Positions 55,885 through 64,000 of a stretch of 64,000 nt of DNA are shown piece by piece. Origin of the DNA: Octopus vulgaris (taxonomy: Eukaryota); contig OX597815.1 of the NCBI GenBank assembly GCA_951406725.2, positions 80,290,001-80,354,000 of the forward strand, written 5' to 3'. The notes below the pieces were generated by a model. That model saw only the letters and a list, made by a program, of their open reading frames with translations, had not been told where the DNA came from and did not search any database. The position numbers and the translations under genes are program-made. Within the stretch, counting starts at the first letter, position 1; each line of letters opens with the position of its first letter.

Positions 55885-56090
55885 TTTATTTAAAAGTAGC
55901 ACACATATCACAAAAATTGTTACTCAGAGTTTCACGTTCCTATTCATCGGACAGTTTCTTATAGAAAACTGTCCGACGAACGGGAACGTGAAACTCTGAG
56001 TAACAGTTTTTGTGATGTATTTGCAGCTTTATTAATAGAAAATATTACTCTACCTCCGGTATTCGAGTTCTATTTTTTCCACTGTGATTC
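55885..56090 (+). mobile_element. Mini palindromic pLTR element built from two back-to-back hammerhead variants
   Basis: Arms 55885-55957 and 55965-56035, one-sided tail to ~56090, (TA)n flanks. Confidence 0.8.
55965..56010 (+). ncRNA. Minimal hammerhead variant (U4C core CCGACGA)
   Basis: aaaactgt-CCGACGA-acg ggaa cgt-GAAA-ctctgag-TA-acagtttt; 8-bp stem I. The mirror copy 55913-55957(-) has CCGATGA. Confidence 0.7.
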
Positions 56091-56109
56091 ACATTCATCT
56101 CCTTAATCT

Positions 56110-56240
<131 letters not shown>

Positions 56241-56242
56241 TC

Positions 56243-56443
56243 TTTTGTACGCTAGGCACAAGGCTCGAAATGTTTGGGGAGGGGGCTAGTCGATTAGACC
56301 AACTCCAGTACGCAAATAGTACTTAATTTATCGGCCCCAAAAGGATGAAAGGCAAGTCGACCACGGCGGAATTTGAACTCAGAACTTAAAGACAGACAAA
56401 ATACCGCTAAGCATTTCACCCGTTTCTGCTAAATCGTCGCCTT
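56243..56443 (-). mobile_element. SINE family A
   Basis: Reverse-complement core and tail; another decayed copy at ~39165-39340(+). Confidence 0.8.
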
Positions 56444-56879
56444 ATATATATATTGTATTTTATTGTATTGTAATCTTTGATTGTCTCAAAGCGTATACAT
56501 ATTTGAACTATAGTCCTACCTAAGTACACATCTTCAAAAGTCAATGTTTCCGTCTACAGGCACCTTTTTACTGAATGACTCCCGTTAGACAATAACGTTT
56601 CACTGCCGACATTTCGTTATAGTTTCCATATTTATAATGTTTAAACCCAAATCCCTAATGCCCCAACGTTTAGAAAAATTTGAGTTTCCGCCCAGCTATA
56701 CAAGCATAGTATATTTCTCTACAGATTTGTTTATCGTTTCTTTCAACAATTCTGTTTCTAAACAATTTTCCCACAATGTTAGGGTTTAAGTCCGTGCGCG
56801 CGTAACATTCGTGTGTGTGTATGTGTGTGTGTGAGAGAGAGAGAGAAAGAAAGAAAGAGAGAGAGTGTGTGTGTGTGCA

Positions 56880-56920
<41 letters not shown>

Positions 56921-56921
56921 A

Positions 56922-56952
<31 letters not shown>

Positions 56953-57326
56953 ATTTGTGTGTGTGTGTGTGTACGTAAAGAGGTTTGAGCGTTTACGCTC
57001 ACTCAGAGACACAGTCAAACGCAGGCAGAGATAAAGATAGTATCTACGCACAAACTCACACAAAAAGACGTACACACAAATACACGCCGACATATACATA
57101 CACTACATTAACACATCAAATTACAAGCATTTATATGCACACATGCACTCATACTGTATGTGTGTATATATACACACAGGCGCGCGTGCGCCACACACGC
57201 ACATGCATATATACATAAGTATCACGTCTCCCATAAATCTATCGCGTGTATATACACGTGTTTGTGTGTGTATATATATATATGTGTCTGTATATACATA
57301 CATACATGCATACATACATATATATA

Positions 57327-57380
<54 letters not shown>

Positions 57381-58199
57381 AGTGTATATATATGTGTATG
57401 TATATTTATATGTAAATGCATAATGTATTTATATTTATACACATACATATCCATATAGAGAACTCATGTATAGGTATAGAGATTAAATTCTCCACGGTAA
57501 TTAAGTGCTCCTTTAATAACTGGTGTTAAAGCTTCACAGTGTTATTACAATGCGGTAAATCCAAGTGGGACTGTTTTGCACCTATATACATAATCTGCTA
57601 AGAGTACCATATTTAGCTTAACAGTAGAAAAGCATAAATTTCACATGTAGTTTACGATTTAGTTCTTTCCAACAGCTGTTTCATTTAGATAAACATCATT
57701 AAATGCATAATTGCATCATTGTGATATATGATTCTTTTAAATGAATATAAATTAAACTATTTTAAAATCTGATTTTACTTAAATCATCAAGGTCGTTACG
57801 TTATGTATTCTGCTTAACGTTTCTTATGATTTGGGAAAGACAACTGTTAATGTAATTTAATAGATAAAAATTGTCTGTTGGTATCAATACTGCTTCTGTC
57901 TCCATTAATTACTTTTCAATAAGCTTACTGGCTATTTGCTACATCAGTACCTTAATAGATACTGATATTCTATGTATCACTGACGGAATATTAGCCTACA
58001 GGATGTCTGTCATTGAAGGGACCAAAGCAGGACAGAATCACGTGATCTAACAGTTCCAGCATGAGTGCTTTTATCCACCACAAGTCGCTATGAGAGGTAA
58101 ATACTCTGTATTCTGTATTAAAACTTCTTCCCTCGCTCTCTTTTACTCTTTACTCTTTTACATATTTCAGTTGTAAGGCTGTGGCGATGCTGGGGCACT

Positions 58200-58503
58200 G
58201 ATTTTTACTTTTACTTTTACTTTCATTTGTTTCAGTCATTTGACTGCGGCCATGCTGGAGCACCCCCTTTAGTTGAGCAAATCGACCCCAGAACTATATA
58301 TATATATATACGACCCCAGAAATATATATATATATATATATGACGTGCTTCTTTCAGTTTCCGCCTACCAAATTCACTCACAAAGCGTTGGTTGGCCCAA
58401 GCCTATAGTAGTAGACACTTGCCGAAAATGCCACGCAGTAGGACTTAACCCAGAACCATGTGGTTGGTAAGCAAGCCACATACCACACAGCCACTCCTGC
58501 GCC
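58200..58503 (-). mobile_element. SINE family B, internally deleted
   Basis: Head gcgcaggagtggctgtgtggta (minus strand) and TTTTAC-repeat tail. Confidence 0.8.
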
Positions 58504-58902
58504 ACACAGTCACCCCTGCGCCACTCCTGGACACATTTGTATTGAACGAAATTTTATCGCAACAATTGCTTATTGAACGAATTTTTGGACGACATTTTTT
58601 ATGCAACCTCAACAACCAAGATTACCAATACAATGTTGGAATTTATAAGGTGTGCTAAATAATTTGCCGCGTACTTATATATGGTAAGAAAGTTTGGCAC
58701 AACGCGCTTAGCAAACTTGTTATTGCTACTCGTCCTACATTACGAAGGGTCGTTGTAAAAATTAAAAGTCAAAATGTTGCAAATGATGTACTTGGCTCAC
58801 AAAGAAGACACTAAAGTGCAGCAAAATGAAAAGATGAAAAAAGAAAAAAGGAAAAAGAAAATTGCTCTACAGGTATTGTATGTTACATGTAATGATTAGA
58901 TA

Positions 58903-59838
58903 TTGGGGTGTCAGATAATTCATTTTCACCCTGCCCCACCACACACACATATTTAAAAATCCATATTTCTATTGTCAACGATTTTAACCAATCAGTCAAT
59001 AATATATTCTCCTCTCTAATTGTTCATGACGTCTTTCCAACGTTTCACTAGCTTGTCAGTGCATTGATAGTAGAAATCAGCGGGTGTTAACTCGAAGAAT
59101 TCATCGAGACACGGTTTTAGCTTCACGTCGCTAGAACTGTGAAAGAGCGGAAGGAGCTATATCAGAATAAAGTGAGTAGAACTTAACAGCTGAGTGCTTG
59201 AATAGTATATTTGGTCAAATATGTGACATGAAGGTAAGCATTGTAATGTTGAAGAAGCAGGTCACTGGTCGAATCATATCAGCTGGATACCTCGTTAAGC
59301 CAGTGCATTTACCGAACGTGAAGCTCTGCGTTGACCGAGTGGTTATTTTCATGCATTTCGTAAAGGATTATTCAGAGTACTGCCACCAAGGGCAGATCAT
59401 TGTCTTATGTAGATGCAGTTTTGGGTTGGCCAGGGGGTTGCTTGCAATTCTTCCTCTGGTTCACATTGAAGTAAAGACATGAGTTTTCCTCGTCAGGAGC
59501 GATGCAGTAAAGAAATCTGTCGGTCCACGAGTAGCCTGGGATCGATCAAGTAAGCCGGCAATGATAGTGGAGCTCTAAAGTTTATTTTCTTTCTGATTAT
59601 GCTGTACCTATGTACCAATTTCTTTAAATCTTACCCACCGAGTGAATATGACGGGCCGATCCTCCCGGATTCTCATGGATGAGCTCCTTCAACCGAAACT
59701 CATTGAACTGAACCTGTCAGGGAACGTCTGTGAGATCGAATCCCCACCCACGAAGTGTGAAACCCTCTGATGTGCAATTCTTTATTTAAATAATACTAGA
59801 AAAAGAAAACAACAAACGAATTTACCAGACTACCCAAT
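58903..59838 (-). mobile_element. Decayed mariner element
   Basis: TATTGGGGTGTCAGATAATTC / GAATTTACCAGACTACCCAATA inverted ends; C-terminal FFELTPADFYYQCTDKLVKRWKDV..GEYIID* typical of mariner transposase. Confidence 0.75.
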
Positions 59839-59903
59839 AATTGACTATGTGCAAGTTTTAAAATAAAAATTATGAAACTAGGAAAGTTTGCAAATTCTAT
59901 TGG

Positions 59904-59993
<90 letters not shown>

Positions 59994-60499
59994 TTTTATA
60001 TATGAATATTCTGTATTTAATATTGTTTCATAGATACGATTATAAGCTAAGTAATTGTAAACTATTTTAATTTTTGAGATGATATATATATATATGTATA
60101 ACCTTAGCTGTCATTGTAGTTCTTGGCACGAAGCAAAGCAGGACTAGCCGTCCACTCAAGAAAACACAGTAAATGATTTACAAACACTCGAGCAAACTCA
60201 GCCCTCAACTTGTTCCATTTGCCAAAAGATTTTCAAGGTACCAGCGGGCCTCAAGAGAGACATTCATGTCCATAGAACAAAATTACAGTTTATTTTACTC
60301 AATTCTCATTTTGTCGTTTACGACGTCAGAATCCATCATATGTATATATATATATATGTATATATATGTATGTGTGTGTGTGTATTCTTTTATTCTTTGT
60401 AAGCTTAGTACTTATTCTATCGGTGTCTTGTGCTGGACCCCTAAGTTACGGGGACATATACACACCACCATCGGTTGTCAAGCGATGGTGGAAGGACAA

Positions 60500-60573
<74 letters not shown>

Positions 60574-60683
60574 GCATATCTACACACACACACACATATA
60601 TATATATATATGTATACTATAAACTAATAACCAATAAAGTACATAAACAATAAATAGTAAATAGTAGTAAATACTAGTAAATT

Positions 60684-60801
60684 GACTACGCGCGTTTCGT
60701 GGCTATATTTTCAAATAGATAATAATAATAAAATCAATTCGATTTAAAGTTAAATCGATCTACATTTAATTCTATTTAAACATATAGTCACTCATCAGGT
60801 C
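60684..60801 (-). ncRNA. Type I hammerhead ribozyme with long stem II
   Basis: gac-CTGATGA-gtgactata...tatagccac-GAAA-cgcgcg-TA-gtc. Confidence 0.88.
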
Positions 60802-61775
60802 TAATATGCTAATAATAATAATAATAATAAATAAATAAGATAAATGTACGTATCTTAACTTATAATAATTATCAAATAAATATAGTAAAATACGTGTTTT
60901 AGCAATAAATAATCGAAAAACATTTAACAATATTATTTAGCAATATTACTTAAAATGAACACATAACTTATCTTATCGAAGAATTTCTGTCAAGTAAAAT
61001 TTTAAACGTAATACGTAGAACTTAGCATTTATAAGAAATATATCGCTTGAAAAAATGGCGTAAATAAAAATTATAGAATAAATAGATAGAAATATGTATT
61101 TAAGATGTTAAAATGACAAAATGTGTTTTAGCTGTGAGAATAAGAAAAAAATTCACTGCAATATACCATTTACTGAAAAATTTTAAAGTCAAAATAATTT
61201 AAAACTAAAATACGTAAAATACATAATATACATAAATTAAGCTAAATTTCTATAATTTAATCTATTTTCATTAATTTATTTATTTTATAAACATCTTAGT
61301 TTAATCTTATTCTAATTATGTAATATGCACCATATAATATCGTGCTAATTTATATACTTTTCACTACTACAAAATACATTTTACTACTACAAATTAAAAT
61401 TTTCCAGTAAATGGTATATTGCAGTATATTTTTTTTCATTCTCACAGCTAAAATACATCTTGTCATTTTAACATCTTAAATACATATTTCTATCTATTTA
61501 TTCTATAATTTTTATTTACGCAATATTTTCACACGATATATTTCTTATAAATGCTAAGTTCTACGTATTACGTTTAAAATTTTAATTAGCAGAAATTCTT
61601 CGATAAGTTATGGTCTCATTTTAAGTAATATTGTTAAATAATACTGTTAAATGTTTTTCGATTATTTATTGCTAAAACACGCATTTTCTATATTTATTTG
61701 ATAATTATTGTAAGTTAAGATACGTACATTTATTTTATTATTATTATTTTTATTATTATTATTAGTAGTTTGTTA

Positions 61776-61893
61776 GACCTGATGAGTGACTATACTTTTA
61801 AATAGAATTAATTTTAGATCGATTTAATTTTAAATCGAATTGATTTTATTATTATTATCTATTTGAAAATATAGCCACGAAACGTACGTAGTC
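61776..61893 (+). ncRNA. Type I hammerhead ribozyme with long stem II (mirror copy)
   Basis: gac-CTGATGA-gtgactata...tatagccac-GAAA-cgtacg-TA-gtc. Confidence 0.88.
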
Positions 61894-62140
61894 AATTTAC
61901 GACTATTTACTACTATTTATTATTTATTGTTTATGTACTTTATTGATTTTTAGAATAAGGTATTTATAGTATATTTATTTTTTCTATATGGTGCGAATAA
62001 CGTCTTTCACTATTGAATTGCTTAATAGAAGTTTTTGTTTCGATTATATACATATATTATATATTGTGAAACTTGATTTAGAATTGCTAAATTGAATTTT
62101 TCCCTGTAAGTTTGGAATTATATTCCCTACTATTATTATA

Positions 62141-62176
<36 letters not shown>

Positions 62177-62244
62177 TACTGAAGGTAGAAATTGATATCA
62201 ATCAATTAACATCAATTTAAAACAGTGGTCTAGCATATTCAACA

Positions 62245-62835
62245 GATATGATTTGGGATGCAGAAGAGAAACTGTGTACAGTTGAAATGAAGCTGAAAAT
62301 CATTGAAAAAGAGAATACCTACGCCGAACTATTGATTACTCTATCCAGATTACAAGTTCAGGTTTATACCTGTAATTATTGGAACCATGGGATATGTAAC
62401 ACACTACCTAAGTACCTATCGTGAGAAATTAGGCTTCTCAAAGCCAGAAAGGAGAAAGCTAATTCGAAGTCTACAGGCCCAATCAATCAATCACTGGAAC
62501 TGTAAAAATCTGTAAAATTTTCCAGAAGTTTATCATTTAAATATATATGAACATGTCTAGATTTGCAATTATATGCATGAGAATACATACATAAAAGAAA
62601 ACATACAAATCTGCACATATACATACATGCATGCATACATACATACATACCTACCTACCTACCTACATACATACATACATATATACATACATACATACAT
62701 ACGTACATACATACATACAAAAATACCATGATATTGATGTTGAAATTCGAATGAAGGAGCTTTAGATCTAAGTTAAAAACCTACACTTTCTCTATTGGTC
62801 AAAAATCTTGTAATAAAACTGATTAATGACATACA
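62245..62835 (+). mobile_element. RLE-type non-LTR retrotransposon 3' fragment with (CATA)n in and after the 3' UTR
   Basis: IWDAEEKLCTVE...EKENTYAELL..LYPDYKFRFIPVIIGTMGYV...LGF...LQAQSI-TGTVKICK.FQKFII*; homologous to 19698-20020. Confidence 0.75.
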
Positions 62836-63150
62836 TATAAGAATGTATCTGAGTAAGCATTATATGTATTCGTGTGTGTCATTGTGGAAGTTTCTGAAAT
62901 AAAATTGCTAAATACAAACATAAATTCACGACGATATATTCTCATAAACTTAATGAAATAAACCACACACACAGATACACAGAGATACACATAAACACAC
63001 ACAGACACATACACACAGACACAGACACACACACACACACACATACATGCACAAACACACAAGCCTAAGCTACAATCCAAACACATATACTCACTGTATA
63101 CACAAAATTGTGCACATTCCATTTTTGTCATTATACAATCAAGTACGTAC

Positions 63151-63206
<56 letters not shown>

Positions 63207-63700
63207 GTATGTACGTATGTATGTATGTATGTATGTATGTATGTATGTATGTATAAATGTATGTATATATGTATGTATGTATGTATGTATGTCGTTGCTA
63301 TTATGCAAAAGTAACGTATGTCCAAAAAGGTTTTTTTTCAGAAAGGGAAGAAATAATTTCAGCATTCCATATCAAAACCGTTGTACTACACTTTGACAAT
63401 TTTCATATTTTGGCATCTGAAACAGTTGAGATAGGATAGTTTGACTAAAAGGGCCGACTATTGCAAGCAAAAATAAATATTGAAAAAAAGATTTGGGATA
63501 AATTTGGACATACAACAGTTTAACGTAATAGCAAAGATGTATGTATGGATATATATATATATATATATATATATGTAAAAATATATAGATATAAATGTGC
63601 ATATAATATTCTTATAACTAGCTTCTCCTCATGCTCATGCTCATGCATAGAGATATATATGAATTTATGCATCCCTCTCCTTTTCTCTCTTTTCTCTCTT

Positions 63701-63758
<58 letters not shown>

Positions 63759-63767
63759 TGTATACTT

Positions 63768-64000
63768 GGTGGCACCTTGGGCAAGTGTCTTCTACTATAC
63801 CTTCGGCCCGACCAAAGATTTATGAGTGGATTTGGTAGACGGAAACTGAAAGAAGCCCGTCGTATATATATATATACGCATGTATGTATATATATATATA
63901 TGTATGTATGTGTGTGTGTATATATATACATATATATATACATATATGTATGTATTTGTTTGTCTATGCTTGTTCCTCCACTATCACTCGACAACCGATT
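63768..64000 (+). mobile_element. SINE family B, 5'-truncated and running off the window
   Basis: gtggcaccttgggcaagtgtcttctactata...gaaagaagcccgtcg followed by the internal microsatellite. Confidence 0.85.

Larger units (their letters stand above)
60633..62140 (+). mobile_element. Large palindromic non-coding PLE derivative
   Basis: ~550-bp arms 60633-61186 and 61395-61945, ~210-bp spacer, one-sided tail to ~62140, TA-repeat flanks, one hammerhead per arm. Confidence 0.88.

Noticed and set aside
58002-58100. AG...GT bounded candidate exon
   Set aside because: Stop codons in all three frames.

Overview
AT-rich eukaryotic non-genic DNA saturated with microsatellites. The SINE content and (TA)n/(TACA)n/(TAA)n density suggest an octopus or other cephalopod (inference). 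No host protein-coding exon is supportable, and nearly all listed ORFs are microsatellite read-throughs. The window is a patchwork of mobile DNA: two tRNA-derived SINE families, decayed Tc1/mariner elements and MITEs, R4/Dong-type fragments in (TAA)n and (CATA)n, an internally deleted Tx1/L1-clade element, and many Penelope-like element (PLE) derivatives. Two systems stand out. (1) At least 8 type-I hammerhead ribozyme motifs with a canonical core, plus several variant or decayed ones, occur in mutually dissimilar elements. These sit mostly next to (TA)n as asymmetric palindromes or as a ~520-bp tandem retrozyme-like array, and one still flanks a PLE GIY-YIG endonuclease remnant. (2) A Tx1 element and a SINE subfamily have similar 3' tails and have inserted repeatedly at one nucleotide inside the SINE family itself. 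All calls are by eye; coordinates of decayed repeats are approximate.
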